A stretch of 64,000 nt of DNA from Elusimicrobiota bacterium (GTDB lineage Bacteria > Elusimicrobiota > Elusimicrobia > UBA1565 > UBA9628): the NCBI GenBank assembly GCA_033875325.1, contig JANRKA010000071.1, positions 8,980 through 72,979 of the forward strand, given 5' to 3'. The translations under genes were made by a program, and so were the position numbers. Of this stretch, positions 1 through 11,768 are shown piece after piece (the stretch's first letter is position 1; each line of letters begins with the position of its first letter). The notes under the pieces were generated by a model, which worked only from the letters and a program-made list of their open reading frames with translations, had not been told where the DNA came from and did not search any database.

Positions 1-2423
<2,423 letters not shown>

Positions 2424-2443
2424 GCCTGGACGCGGCCGGCCAG

Positions 2444-3082
2444 ATGGCCTTGGACGAGGCTTGCCTCGACCTCGCCGCCGTCGGCGAGGTCGTCCTGCGC
2501 GTCTACGATTGGTCCGGCCGCGCCTGCACCTTCGGCTACGCGCGATCCCACGCCGAGGTCCGCGCCGCTCTCGACGAGAGGGGCTGGCGCGGCGTCGCTC
2601 CCGTGCGCCGCGCCACGGGCGGGGGCATCGTCTACCACGACGGCGACCTCACCTTCTCGCTCGTCTTCCCCTGGGACAAGGCCTTGGCCCCCGACCACGT
2701 GTACAAGAACGTCCACCGGGGCGTCTATCTCGCGCTCAAGGACCGCGGCGTGAGCACGGCCCTGTGGTCGCCGCGCGAGAAACCGCTCGGGGCCTCTCCG
2801 TGCTGCTTCGCGCGCGCCGAGCCGATGGACCTCGTGTCCCCGGACGGCACGAAGCTGCTCGGCGGCGCCTTGCGCAAGCGCGGGGGAAAGGGCTTATATC
2901 AGGGCTCGCTGAGGCCGGAAGGACTCGGCCTCGCCCGGGCGGAGCTGGCGGACGCCGTGGCCGACGGCGCCGCGCGCGAGTTCGGCCGCGCGCCGACGCG
3001 GGCGCTGCCGCAGGCCTGGCGCGACGCGGGACGGGCGCTGGAGGCCCGCTACCGCTCGCGGGAGTGGAACGAGAGGAGATGA
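2444..3082 (+). CDS. octanoyltransferase / lipoate-protein ligase family protein (BPL/LPL catalytic domain, LipB-like)
   Basis: The ATG is 20 nt after the gcvP stop. Motifs 'RRATGGGIVYHDGDLTFSLVF' and 'KLLGGALRKRGGKGLYQGSL' resemble the LipB/LplA catalytic core. Its position next to gcvP fits lipoylation of GcvH. Confidence 0.6.
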   Translation: MALDEACLDLAAVGEVVLRVYDWSGRACTFGYARSHAEVRAALDERGWRGVAPVRRATGGGIVYHDGDLTFSLVFPWDKALAPDHVYKNVHRGVYLALKDRGVSTALWSPREKPLGASPCCFARAEPMDLVSPDGTKLLGGALRKRGGKGLYQGSLRPEGLGLARAELADAVADGAAREFGRAPTRALPQAWRDAGRALEARYRSREWNERR

Positions 3083-3083
3083 C

Positions 3084-3314
3084 ATGAAGACCTTCGTGTT
3101 GTGCAAGCTGGCGCCGGGCAAGGAGCAGACGGCCGTGCGCGCCATCCGCTCCATCGAGGGCGTCACCGAGGTCTACATGGTGTTCGGCGGCTGGGACGTC
3201 GTGCTCGCCGCGGAGTCCGACACGGTGGACAAGCTCTCCAACCTCATCGTCAGCCGCGTGCGCTCCGTGGACGGCGTCACCGCCACCGAGACCCTCGTCA
3301 CCACCAACCTCTGA
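3084..3314 (+). CDS. stand-alone Lrp/AsnC C-terminal (RAM) domain protein
   Basis: This 76-aa ORF, 'MKTFVLCKL…VYMVFGGWDVVLAAESDT…', matches the RAM ligand-binding domain pattern. It starts 2 nt after the upstream stop. Confidence 0.55.
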   Translation: MKTFVLCKLAPGKEQTAVRAIRSIEGVTEVYMVFGGWDVVLAAESDTVDKLSNLIVSRVRSVDGVTATETLVTTNL

Positions 3315-3349
3315 GCGACCCGCGTCCGCCCTCGCGGCGCGACCTCGGC

Positions 3350-4906
3350 GTGGTCGCGGCCTTCGTCCTGGCGACCGGCCTGTGCCTGTGGGCCAAGCCC
3401 TGGCACATGGACGAGCCCTTCTTCCTGGCCATCGCGCGGCAGATCCTGAAGGACCCGGGCCGTCCGTTGTCCTTCTCGTTCAACTGGTACGGCTCGGCCG
3501 TGCCGATGGGGACCATCAACAACACGCCGCCCCTCCTGGCCTACCTGCTGGCGGCGGCCCTCAAGCTCGCCGGCGGGTCCGAGTTCTGGACCCGCGCCTT
3601 GTTCTTCCCTTTCGACCTCGCCGCGGCGTGGGGCCTGCTGGCGTTGGCCGCCCGTTTCTTGAAGAAGCCGTTGTGGCCGACGCTCATCGTGCTCGCCGGC
3701 CCGGCGTGGGCCCTGAACATGCACCACCTGATGGCGGAACGCGTGATGGCCGGCTTCGCCCTGCCGTGCCTGTGGCTGCTCGTCAAAGGCGTCGACGAGC
3801 GGTCGGCGCGCGCGTGGCGCGCGTCCGCCGCGCTGGCCTGCCTGGCCATCCTGTCGAAATACAACGCCGTCTTCCTTCTCCCCGCCGCCGTCGCCTACGG
3901 CGTCGCCGCGGGCGCGCCGTACCCGGCGCTCGCGGCCTGGTGCCTCGCCGCCGTGTCCGGCGCCGCCGCCTGGCAGTTGTGGTCGTGGGCGTCGGGCGCC
4001 AATCCGGGCCTGGCCGCCCTCGCCGTCACCGCGGAGGCCTCCGCCGGGTTCTGGTCGGCGCCCAGCCACAAGGCCCGCGCGCTCCTGGCGTTCACCGGCG
4101 GCTGCGGCCTGGCCGCGGCGTCGTGGGGCGCGCTGCTGCGGCCGCCGCGCGCGCTCGTCGCCGCCGCCGCCGTCTTGTCGGCGGTCCTGTTCGCGCCGTG
4201 GCTCGACCTGGCGCCCGTCGTGCGCGGCGTGGACCGCGCCACGGGCTTCATCCTGGCCTGGGGCGTGCTCGTCTCCGCCGGGGTCCTCGCGGCGGGCCGC
4301 CGGACCCGCGGAGCGCCCTTGTGGGCCGCCTGGGCGCTCTCCGTGGCCGCGCTCCAGCTCGCCTATTGGTCCGTGCTCGCGCGTTTCGTCGTCTTCCTCG
4401 TGCCGCCGCTGACCTTCTGGTTGGCGGAGCGTCTCGAGGAGAGGGGGGCCTCCTGGCGGCCGCACGCCGCCGTCTTCGCCGCGACCGCCGCGCTCGGGCT
4501 CGGCGTGGGCGTCGTGGATTGGACCTACGCCGCGGCTCAGCGCGAGGCCGCGCGACGCGTCGCCGCGGAGGGCGCGGGAGCGAGGCTCTGGACCACGGCG
4601 CATTGGGGCCTGCAGGAGTACCTCGTCGCCGCGGGCGGGCGGCCGCTGGACCTTGCGGCGGGCGGCTGGGACGCGGTGAGGCCGGGCGACCTCGTGGTCG
4701 TGACGCGGGCCAACTCCAACGCCTTCAAGCCGCCGCGTCCCATCGCGGCGAGCGTCTCGAGCTGGCGGGTCGAGAGCCCGGTGCCGCTGCGCCACCTCAG
4801 CGCGTGGACGGGCGAAGGCGCGTTTTATTCGTCCGTGATGGGCTTCCTGCCCTGGTCCTTCTCGACCGAGCCGGTCGAGGAGTTCACCGTCGTCTCGCCG
4901 CGCTGA
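3350..4906 (+). CDS. multi-pass membrane glycosyltransferase, GT39/GT83-like (PMT/ArnT family)
   Basis: It has a hydrophobic multi-TM N-terminus. Motifs 'DEPFFLAIARQIL', 'NNTPPLLAYLL' and 'LSKYNAVFLLPAAVAYG' are typical of PMT_2/ArnT-like glycosyltransferases. The start is uncertain: GTG 3350 or ATG 3407. Confidence 0.6.
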   Translation: MVAAFVLATGLCLWAKPWHMDEPFFLAIARQILKDPGRPLSFSFNWYGSAVPMGTINNTPPLLAYLLAAALKLAGGSEFWTRALFFPFDLAAAWGLLALAARFLKKPLWPTLIVLAGPAWALNMHHLMAERVMAGFALPCLWLLVKGVDERSARAWRASAALACLAILSKYNAVFLLPAAVAYGVAAGAPYPALAAWCLAAVSGAAAWQLWSWASGANPGLAALAVTAEASAGFWSAPSHKARALLAFTGGCGLAAASWGALLRPPRALVAAAAVLSAVLFAPWLDLAPVVRGVDRATGFILAWGVLVSAGVLAAGRRTRGAPLWAAWALSVAALQLAYWSVLARFVVFLVPPLTFWLAERLEERGASWRPHAAVFAATAALGLGVGVVDWTYAAAQREAARRVAAEGAGARLWTTAHWGLQEYLVAAGGRPLDLAAGGWDAVRPGDLVVVTRANSNAFKPPRPIAASVSSWRVESPVPLRHLSAWTGEGAFYSSVMGFLPWSFSTEPVEEFTVVSPR

Positions 4907-4944
4907 CGCGGGCCGGGCGGCGCGGTCCTGTGTATAATCGGGTC

Positions 4945-6360
4945 GTGAGCTCCGCCAGCCGGCCGGGGGCCGTGCCCGGCTCCTTCCGCGACCCCGCCGG
5001 CTTCGTCTTCCGCGAGGGGCGCGCCGTCCACCGGGCGCTCACGCGCGAAGGCGCGTCGGCGTTCCGCGCGTTGGCCGCGTCGGGCCTGCTGGAGAGGCTG
5101 ACGGCGTCGGGCGCCGTCGCGGCGACCGAGGAGGTCCCGGCGGACGCGCGGGCGCCGCTCGACGCGCGTTTCCCCGGCACGGAGGCTTTCCTGTCGCACC
5201 GCGAGGTGCCGTGGCTCGTCGAGCCGTGCGAGTGGACCTTCGAGATGCTGCGCGAGGCCGCGCTGCTGCACCTCGAGGTGCTGGAGCGCTCGCGCCGCGA
5301 GGGCTTCACGCTCCTGGACGCCTCCGCGTACAACGTGCAGTTCGTCCGGGGCCGCCCGCTGCTCATCGACACCTCCGCGCTCGCGCCGGACCCGGACCCC
5401 TCCTTGTGGCCGGCCTACGGTCGTTTCTGCCGCCACTTCGTCTACCCGCTCCTGCTCGGCTCCGCGGGCCTGGCGGACCCGGCGGAATACTTCCTGCCGC
5501 ACCTCGACGGCCTGGACCCGCGGGCCGTCGCGCGCCGGCTCGGGTGGGGGAGCCTGCGGCCGCGCGCTTTCTTCGACGTGTTCCTGCAGGCCGCGTCGCA
5601 GTCGCGGGCGGCCGCGGACCCGGAGGCGTTGGCGGCGGCGCTGGCCGGCCGCGGGCCGGCGGCGCGCGAGGGCGGCGCCGCGTTCCAAGGGTTGAACCTG
5701 CGCCGTCTCAGGCGCCTGGTCGAGGGCCTGCGCCCGCCCCGCCGCGCGCCGGCCTGGGCGGAGCACGATCCGCGCGACGCCCATCCCGCCGCCGCGCTCG
5801 AGTGGAAGCGGGGGCGCGTGGAGCGCTTCGTCGCGGAAGCGCGGCCCGCGACCTTGGTGGACCTGGGTTGCCGGGTGGGCGAGCACAGCCTGCCGGCCGC
5901 GGCCGCGGGCGCCAGCGTCGCGTGCGTGGACGCGGACCCCGCCGCCCTCGAGCGCCTGCGCGCCGGCGCGCGGGCGTCGGGCGCGGACGCGACCTGCCTG
6001 CGGGTGGACCTGCTCAGCCCCACGCCGGCGCTCGGCGTGGGCGCGGCGGAGCGGCCGGGCTTCTTCGCGCGAGTCCGCGGCGACGCGGCCCTCGCGCTCG
6101 GTCTGGCGCATCACCTGCTCTCGTCCGGCATGCCCGTGGACGCGTTCGCCGGTCTGCTCGACGCGGTCGCCGCGCGCCGGCTGCTCGTCGAGTTCGTCCC
6201 GCCCGAGGACCCGTTGTTCGCGCGCTTGAGCGCGCTGCGCCGTCCGGCGGGCGTCGGCCGCGGCGTCTTCCTCGCCGCTTTCGAAGGCCGCTTCCGCATG
6301 CTGCGCGAGGAGCCCGTGCCGGGCGGCGGCCGCGTCCTCTTCACCTTCGAGCGCGCATGA
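4945..6360 (+). CDS. two-domain protein: kinase-like N-terminal domain fused to class I SAM-dependent methyltransferase
   Basis: The N-terminal half has 'LLDASAYNVQF..GRPLLIDTSAL', reminiscent of the catalytic/DFG region of RIO/Kdo/LPS-kinase-like folds. The C-terminal half has SAM motif I 'LVDLGCRVGEH' and motif II 'VACVDADP'. A GTG start lies at 4945 after a RBS-like stretch. Confidence 0.5.
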   Translation: MSSASRPGAVPGSFRDPAGFVFREGRAVHRALTREGASAFRALAASGLLERLTASGAVAATEEVPADARAPLDARFPGTEAFLSHREVPWLVEPCEWTFEMLREAALLHLEVLERSRREGFTLLDASAYNVQFVRGRPLLIDTSALAPDPDPSLWPAYGRFCRHFVYPLLLGSAGLADPAEYFLPHLDGLDPRAVARRLGWGSLRPRAFFDVFLQAASQSRAAADPEALAAALAGRGPAAREGGAAFQGLNLRRLRRLVEGLRPPRRAPAWAEHDPRDAHPAAALEWKRGRVERFVAEARPATLVDLGCRVGEHSLPAAAAGASVACVDADPAALERLRAGARASGADATCLRVDLLSPTPALGVGAAERPGFFARVRGDAALALGLAHHLLSSGMPVDAFAGLLDAVAARRLLVEFVPPEDPLFARLSALRRPAGVGRGVFLAAFEGRFRMLREEPVPGGGRVLFTFERA

Positions 6361-7709
6361 GGGCCGACCTCTACCAAGGCCTGGTCCTCGCCTTCCTGCT
6401 GGCGACGCCGTACCTCGCCGAGAGCCAGGGCCACGCGCCGGCGGACCGCTGGCCGTGGGCGGACCCGGCGCTGTGGACGGTCGTCGCGGCGGCGGCCGCG
6501 GCGCTGGGCGGCTTGACGCGCCTGGCCGGGTCGAGGCGCGACGGGGGGCGCCTGCGCGCCGCGTGGCTGGCCGCGGCCTGGGCCGCGTGCGTGTGGCTCG
6601 CGTCGCGGCCGGCGGGCGGGGCTTTTTTCTCGTCGGAGCGGGTCTCGGACCCGGTCCTGCTCGCGGCGCTCGGGCTGTTCGTCGCGCTCGCGGCCGGGCC
6701 CGGCGCGGCGGCGGCCGCCCGCGCCTGCGAGACCGCGGCGCTCGCCATGGGGCCGGTGCTGCTGCTGAGCGCGTTCTCCTGCCTGCGCGCAGCGGGCGCG
6801 GCGCCGACGCCGCGCGTCCCGCTCCCCGCGCGCGCCGGCGACGCGCGGCCCAGCGTGTTCGTCTTCCTGTTCGACGGCTGGTCGCGCGAGCTCTCGTTCC
6901 CCGGCGGCCGGCCGCGCCCGGGGCTCGACAACCTGGCGGCGCTCATGGAGGTCTCCACCTTCCACGCCGACGCGCGTTCCCCGCACTTCGCCACGGAGGA
7001 GTCGGTGCCGCGCATCCTCTTCGGCGCCTGCGGCGACGCGGGGTGGCGCGGCCGCCCGTCGTTGTTCGTCGGCCCGCGCGCCGCGGGCTGGCGCACCGTG
7101 CTGGCGGGGTGGGTGGCGCCTTACCCGGCGCCGGACGAGCGGCAGGGCGTGGACCTGTTCGCGCTGACGGACGGGCGCCGCGCGCCGACGCCGTTCCTCG
7201 CCCGCCTGCCCATCTACGCCTACGCGCTCCTGCGGCCGCACCTGGCGCGCCTGCGCCCCGGCGAAGACGCCACGGGCTCGGTGCTGGTGCTCGCCACGCT
7301 GGGCCTGGAGGAGATCCACGCGCTGGCCATGGAGACCATCAGCCGCGACGACGAACCGCTGCTCGCGTTGTTCCACTACCCCATCCCGCATCCGCCGCTC
7401 GTCCACGGCCGCGCGGGTTTCGACCCGCGCGCGGAATACGCGCCAGACGCCGCCGCGGCCGGCCTGGAGCACCTCGACCGGGTCGTCGGCGAGCTCGTCG
7501 CGCGGCTGAAGGCCGCCGGCCGCTTCGACGCCTCCGCCATCGTCCTGCTGTCCGACCACGGGCGACGCTTCGCCGGGGAGGACCCGACCCGCGTCCCGCT
7601 GCTGGTCAAGGCGCCGGGCCAACGCGCCGCGCGCCGCGCGACGGGCCGCTTCGAGTTGTGCCGCCTGGACGCGCTCATCGGCGCCCTCGCCGCGGGGCGG
7701 TCGCCGTGA
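6357..7709 (+). CDS. membrane-anchored sulfatase / alkaline-phosphatase-superfamily protein (LTA-synthase/PEtN-transferase-like)
   Basis: The ATG overlaps the upstream stop (ATGA). It has N-terminal TM helices, then 'VFVFLFDGWSRE' and 'IVLLSDHGRRF' motifs typical of the sulfatase fold. Confidence 0.5.
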   Translation: MRADLYQGLVLAFLLATPYLAESQGHAPADRWPWADPALWTVVAAAAAALGGLTRLAGSRRDGGRLRAAWLAAAWAACVWLASRPAGGAFFSSERVSDPVLLAALGLFVALAAGPGAAAAARACETAALAMGPVLLLSAFSCLRAAGAAPTPRVPLPARAGDARPSVFVFLFDGWSRELSFPGGRPRPGLDNLAALMEVSTFHADARSPHFATEESVPRILFGACGDAGWRGRPSLFVGPRAAGWRTVLAGWVAPYPAPDERQGVDLFALTDGRRAPTPFLARLPIYAYALLRPHLARLRPGEDATGSVLVLATLGLEEIHALAMETISRDDEPLLALFHYPIPHPPLVHGRAGFDPRAEYAPDAAAAGLEHLDRVVGELVARLKAAGRFDASAIVLLSDHGRRFAGEDPTRVPLLVKAPGQRAARRATGRFELCRLDALIGALAAGRSP

Positions 7710-7815
7710 GCCAACCCTACTTCGACCCGGGCTCCGGCTCGCTGCTCGTGCAATACGCGGCGGGCCTCCTGCTGGGCGGCCTGCTCGCGTTGTGGCGCCG
7801 GCTGAGGGGGCGCCG

Positions 7816-8625
7816 CTAAGGCGCGAAGGCGCCTTCGTCCGGCGGGTAGCCCGGCGCCGCGGCCGTGCTGAGCGCCAGCTCCTCGAAGGCTTGGTCCGCG
7901 TCGTCGGCGTCCAAGGCCTCCGGCCACAGGCCGGACTTCTGCATGCGTCCGATGATGCGCCGCGAGTTGCGCTCCACGTATCGGCCGCGTTTGGCCGGGC
8001 TCCAGCGACGCGGGTTGGGCAGCACCACGGCCATGGCCACGGCTTCGTCCGGCGTCAGCTCCGCCGCGCTTTTGCCGAAGTAGGCCCGGGCCGCGGCCTC
8101 CGCGCCGAAGACGCCGTTGCCCCACTCCGCGCAGTTGAGATACAGCTCGAGGATGCGCCTCTTGCCGAGGACCTTCTCCAGGCGCCGCGCGATGAGGGCC
8201 TCCTTCACCTTGCGCAGCGGGTTGCGCGAGGGGGAGAGGTAGAGGTTCCGAGCCAGCTGCTGGGTGATGGTGCTGCCGCCGTGGGCGAGCTTGCGCTCGC
8301 TGAGGTTGCGCTCCCAGGCCACGCGCTGCGCGGCCCAGTCCACGCCGTCGTGACGCCAGAAACCGTCGTCCTCGGCCGTGACGACGGCGCTCTTGAGGTG
8401 CTCGGAGATCGCGCCGAGCGGCACGAAGTCCCAGCGCAGGGAGAAGGGTTTTCCCGCGGCCTTGGCCTGGCGCTTGCGCAGCTCGATGTAGGCCGTGGTC
8501 TTGGGTGGGCGCTTCTTCAGGGGCGCGGGGTCGGGCAGCCACAGGACCCAGCCGACGGCGGCGGCGAGGCCCAGCAGGAGGGCGGCGAGGGTCGCGCGTA
8601 GGACTGGCATGACGGGGACGCCCAT
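7816..8625 (-). CDS. mtgA: monofunctional biosynthetic peptidoglycan transglycosylase (GT51)
   Basis: It has a signal/TM N-terminus and the GT51 motifs 'AEDDGFWRHDGVD', 'GGSTITQQLARNLYL' and 'KRRILELYLNCAEWG'. Confidence 0.85.
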   Translation of the reverse strand: MGVPVMPVLRATLAALLLGLAAAVGWVLWLPDPAPLKKRPPKTTAYIELRKRQAKAAGKPFSLRWDFVPLGAISEHLKSAVVTAEDDGFWRHDGVDWAAQRVAWERNLSERKLAHGGSTITQQLARNLYLSPSRNPLRKVKEALIARRLEKVLGKRRILELYLNCAEWGNGVFGAEAAARAYFGKSAAELTPDEAVAMAVVLPNPRRWSPAKRGRYVERNSRRIIGRMQKSGLWPEALDADDADQAFEELALSTAAAPGYPPDEGAFAP

Positions 8626-8633
8626 GTTACCAT

Positions 8634-8960
8634 TTGGGCATGAACCGACTCCTGCTCGCCGTACTGCTGTCCGGCTCGGTCGCCGTCGCCCGCGCCGCCG
8701 ACGCGCCCGCCGCCGAGAAGCCCGCCAAAGGCGAGGCCAAGGACGAGGTGCGCGCCGAACGCGAGGCGTTCCGGGCGGCGCTGGCCGACGCCGAGGAAGC
8801 CTTCAAGCGCGACGGCGGGGACCCCGCCGAGCACCGCCGCAGGATGCGCGATTTGCGCAAGGCGCATCACGACAAGATCCGCGCCATGCGGCTCAAGCAG
8901 CGCCAGGAGCGCGTCGGACCCGACGGCAAGCCGCGGCCGAAGTCCGAGAAGAAGAAGTAG
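8634..8960 (+). CDS. secreted highly charged low-complexity protein
   Basis: It has a signal peptide 'MNRLLLAVLLSGSVAVARA' followed by a K/E/R-rich region. There is no recognisable domain. Confidence 0.4.
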   Translation: MGMNRLLLAVLLSGSVAVARAADAPAAEKPAKGEAKDEVRAEREAFRAALADAEEAFKRDGGDPAEHRRRMRDLRKAHHDKIRAMRLKQRQERVGPDGKPRPKSEKKK

Positions 8961-8968
8961 GCGGGCCG

Positions 8969-9370
8969 TCAGGCCTTGCCGGGGACCCGGCGCAGCAGCT
9001 TCAGGCGCGCCCGTATCGAGTGCCGCTCGGCGAGGGTCGCCTCCGGGCGCTCGAGCAGCGACTCGAAGAGCCCGCGGCTCTCGTCCTTGCGGCCCAGGCG
9101 CAGCAGGTAGTCGGCCTTCTTGAACACGGCCGAGAAGCGGCGGAAGGGCGCCTCCAGGGCGATGGCCTTGTCGAAGGCGGCCAACGCCGCGTCGGTCTCG
9201 CCCAGGCGGTCGTGAGCCTCCGCCGCGTAGACGCAGACGAGCGCGCGGTCGAGGTCGGGCAGGTCGGAGGCCGCCAGCTCGTTCAACACGGCGAGGGCCT
9301 CCCGGTGCGCGCCGCGGGTGGCGTGTTTCTCGGCCTTCTCCGTCGCGGCTCGGAAGTCGTCGAAGTCCAT
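8969..9370 (-). CDS. TPR-like repeat protein
   Basis: This 133-aa ORF shows TPR-like helical repeat periodicity ('EALAVLNELA', 'AALAAFDKAIALEA'). Confidence 0.45.
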   Translation of the reverse strand: MDFDDFRAATEKAEKHATRGAHREALAVLNELAASDLPDLDRALVCVYAAEAHDRLGETDAALAAFDKAIALEAPFRRFSAVFKKADYLLRLGRKDESRGLFESLLERPEATLAERHSIRARLKLLRRVPGKA

Positions 9371-9389
9371 GTCATGACGATGATACCTT

Positions 9390-10364
9390 TCACGGAGACG
9401 GCGGGTCCACGATGCCGGCCTGGTGGGCGTCCACGAAGACCTTCTCCTTGCCGTCCTCGCCCGTCCCGCCGGTGACGCGCACCGCGGTCTGCTCGAAGTT
9501 CACCGCGGCGGTGCCGCGCCGCGACATCATGATGGTCCAGCGCATGGTGGCGGTCTCCCCGGGCGCCAGCTCGGGCGCGGCGGCCGCGTGTCCGGCGTCC
9601 AGGCGGGGGCCGGCGGAGCCGTCGAGCATCAAGCCCTCCTGGGCGGCCTCGACGAAGAGGCCGCGCAGCGGCGCGGCGCCGTCGTTGCGCAGGGTCAGTT
9701 CCACGGTGACGGCGTCTCCCGCGAAGTAGATGGGGTGCTCGCGGCGCAGGACGGGCGGCACGCCTCCGGTCGCGGCGATGCGGTGCGGGGCGCGCCCGGG
9801 GAAGAGCATGGTGAAGCCGGTCGCGTCCGCGCGGTTGATGCCCCAGGGAGCGAGGTAGTCCACGCGCACGCTCAGCCCGTCGCCGCGCGACCAGAACCCG
9901 GTGAAGCGGTCCTTATAAGGGACCAGGGGGCGGCGCGTCACGGCGGCGAAGGCCTCCATCTCGCCGTAGGCGCCGATGACGCCGGAGCCGCCCGCGATGA
10001 GGATGCGGTCCACGGGTCGTCCTGACGGCGCGGGCTCGAGCGGCGGGAGCGCCTCCTCGGGCGGCGGCACGGCGACCGCGTCGCGGGCCGCCGGCGCGGG
10101 CGAGCGGTGCGCGGCCAAGGCTTCGTCGAGTCGCTGCGCGAGCCACGCGGCGACCGCGGCGGCGTCGCGCGACCAGGTCGAAGCCTTCCGCGGGGCGGTG
10201 GGCTTGGGCGCGGCGGCGGGAGCCGGGGCGAAGCGTCCCGGGGGCGGCGTGAGGGCCGCGCGCGCGGCGGGGCCCATCATCCCGGCGATCTCGGCGGCTC
10301 CGGTGGCCTGCGCGCTCAGCGCGAGGAGGCAGGCGACGGCGACGACGCGGCGACTGTGTCTCAT
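9390..10364 (-). CDS. secreted hypothetical protein
   Basis: The likely start is MRHSRRVVAVACLLALSAQA, a signal peptide. The ORF is long and the rest reads as beta-rich sequence. Confidence 0.45.
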   Translation of the reverse strand: MRHSRRVVAVACLLALSAQATGAAEIAGMMGPAARAALTPPPGRFAPAPAAAPKPTAPRKASTWSRDAAAVAAWLAQRLDEALAAHRSPAPAARDAVAVPPPEEALPPLEPAPSGRPVDRILIAGGSGVIGAYGEMEAFAAVTRRPLVPYKDRFTGFWSRGDGLSVRVDYLAPWGINRADATGFTMLFPGRAPHRIAATGGVPPVLRREHPIYFAGDAVTVELTLRNDGAAPLRGLFVEAAQEGLMLDGSAGPRLDAGHAAAAPELAPGETATMRWTIMMSRRGTAAVNFEQTAVRVTGGTGEDGKEKVFVDAHQAGIVDPPSP

Positions 10365-10504
10365 GGTCGGCTCCATAGGACTCCCGTCGATGGGAGCATA
10401 ACCCCGGACCTGTTGCGGCGCCATCACAAGACGGATAAATCACGGTAAAGATGCGGTAAGGCCCCTCCCTTGCGCCGCAGGGGTTCTTATGCCAGAATGA
10501 TGGC

Positions 10505-10903
10505 ATGACCGCCGGCGCGGATAAGCTCGTCCTGGTCGTCGACGACGACGACAGCGTGCGCGAGATGCTCGAGTTCATCGTCAAGAAGGAAGGTTTCCGC
10601 GTGGAGACCGCGGTGGACGGGGAGGACGGGGTGCAGAAGGCCCAGTCGCTCGCCCCCGACCTCATCATCCTCGACTTGATGCTGCCGCGCTACGGCGGCT
10701 TCGAGCTGTTGCGCCAACTCCAGTCGGGAGAACGGCGCGGCGTGCCCGTGGTGGTGGTGACCGGCCGCTACACCGACCGCTCCACCGCCGACCTCATCCG
10801 CCAGGAATCCAACGTCGTCGAGTTCCTGGAGAAGCCGGTCAAGCCGGCCGTGCTGGGCGCCGCGCTGCAGAAGATCATCGGACGCCGTCCGGGGACCTCG
10901 TGA
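10505..10903 (+). CDS. single-domain response regulator (REC only)
   Basis: It carries the CheY-like motifs 'LVLVVDDDDSVRE', 'DLIILDLMLP' and 'VVVVTGR'. Confidence 0.8.
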   Translation: MTAGADKLVLVVDDDDSVREMLEFIVKKEGFRVETAVDGEDGVQKAQSLAPDLIILDLMLPRYGGFELLRQLQSGERRGVPVVVVTGRYTDRSTADLIRQESNVVEFLEKPVKPAVLGAALQKIIGRRPGTS

Positions 10904-11319
10904 ACATGGAAGAAGGCAGGGAGTACGGCAAGCCCGCGGACAAGCTCGTGCTGCTCGTCGACGACGACGAGAGCCTGCTCGACCTGATGGACCACGTGGT
11001 CAAGAAGGAGGGCTTCCGCACGGACCGCGCCGCCGACGGGCACGAGGCGCTGCGCAAGGTCGAGGCTCTCAACCCGGACCTCGTCATCCTCGACTTCATG
11101 CTGCCCGGCATGGGCGGCTACGAGGCCCTGCGCCAGCTCCAGGCGCTCGGCTTCTCCTCGACGCCCATCATCATCGTCACCGGGCGGCAGATGGACCGGC
11201 AGAGCGTGGACATGGTGCGGCAGGAGTCCAACGTGCGCGAGTTCATGGAGAAACCCGTGCGCCCGGCCGCCCTCGCCGCGGCGCTGCACCGCATCCTGCG
11301 CACGGCGCCGGGCACCTGA
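10900..11319 (+). CDS. single-domain response regulator (REC only), tandem paralog
   Basis: It has 'LVLLVDDDESLLD', 'DLVILDFMLP' and 'IIIVTGR'. It shares the tail 'RQESNV.EF.EKPV.PA' with the upstream regulator. GTG 10900 overlaps the upstream stop; an alternative ATG is at 10906. Confidence 0.8.
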   Translation: MNMEEGREYGKPADKLVLLVDDDESLLDLMDHVVKKEGFRTDRAADGHEALRKVEALNPDLVILDFMLPGMGGYEALRQLQALGFSSTPIIIVTGRQMDRQSVDMVRQESNVREFMEKPVRPAALAAALHRILRTAPGT

Positions 11320-11762
11320 TGCGCCGGGTCCTGCTCACGGCGGCCGCGCTCGCGGCGGCCGTCTACGCCATGGCGCTGGGGGACGTGGTCCTGCGCGGGC
11401 GTTCCGCCTACCTCGAGGGCGAGAAGTGGCTCGAGTGGTCGCGCCGGCCCGAGCTCAAGAAAGCCCACTTCGACGCGGTCCTCGCGGAGCGGGAGAAGGC
11501 GTTGGCGAAGGAGAAGCCGTCGCTCGCCCCGGAGGCCTACGAGAAGAAGCTCGCGCTCGCGCGCTTCGAGCGCGACCAGGCCGTGGCCGAGAGCTCGCTC
11601 AAATACGCGTTCGTGTGGTACCGCACCGCCGTCGAGCTGTTCACGCCGCCCGAGACCCGCTGGACCCGCGCCGCGCGCGAGCGTTTGGCCGAGACCCGCG
11701 AGTTGTGGCGCGCGGAGCTGACGGCCCGCGGCGTGAAGGTCGCGGACCACATGCTCGAGTAG
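11319..11762 (+). CDS. hypothetical protein with N-terminal signal/TM
   Basis: This 147-aa ORF has a start overlapping the upstream stop. No domain was recognised. Confidence 0.4.
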   Translation: MRRVLLTAAALAAAVYAMALGDVVLRGRSAYLEGEKWLEWSRRPELKKAHFDAVLAEREKALAKEKPSLAPEAYEKKLALARFERDQAVAESSLKYAFVWYRTAVELFTPPETRWTRAARERLAETRELWRAELTARGVKVADHMLE

Positions 11763-11768
11763 CGGGCG

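Noticed and set aside
3173-4795. 540-aa minus-strand ORF, plus similar long antisense ORFs at 4825-6114, 6111-7622, 12562-14232, 14245-16698, 17088-18386, 18200-19690, 20243-21634, 23284-24477, 24615-26798, 33849-35741 and 44508-46712
   Set aside because: Their translations are Arg/Gly/Ala/Pro-rich low-complexity sequence, typical of stop-codon-poor antisense frames in ~70% GC DNA. Each lies opposite a plus-strand gene with clear domain content.
3382-6360. 992-aa and 832-aa plus-strand ORFs (3382-6360, 5211-7709) spanning several genes
   Set aside because: Only the distal portions (4945-6360 and 6357-7709) have protein-like composition and recognisable motifs. The upstream parts overlap the GT39-like gene in another frame and are GC-frame artefacts.
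7707-7819. 37-codon GTG-initiated ORF (VSQPYFDPGSGSLLVQYAAGLLLGGLLALWRRLRGRR) overlapping the sulfatase-like stop
   Set aside because: It is a plausible small TM peptide with GTGA coupling, but it is short, has a non-ATG start and no supporting conservation. It was left uncalled.
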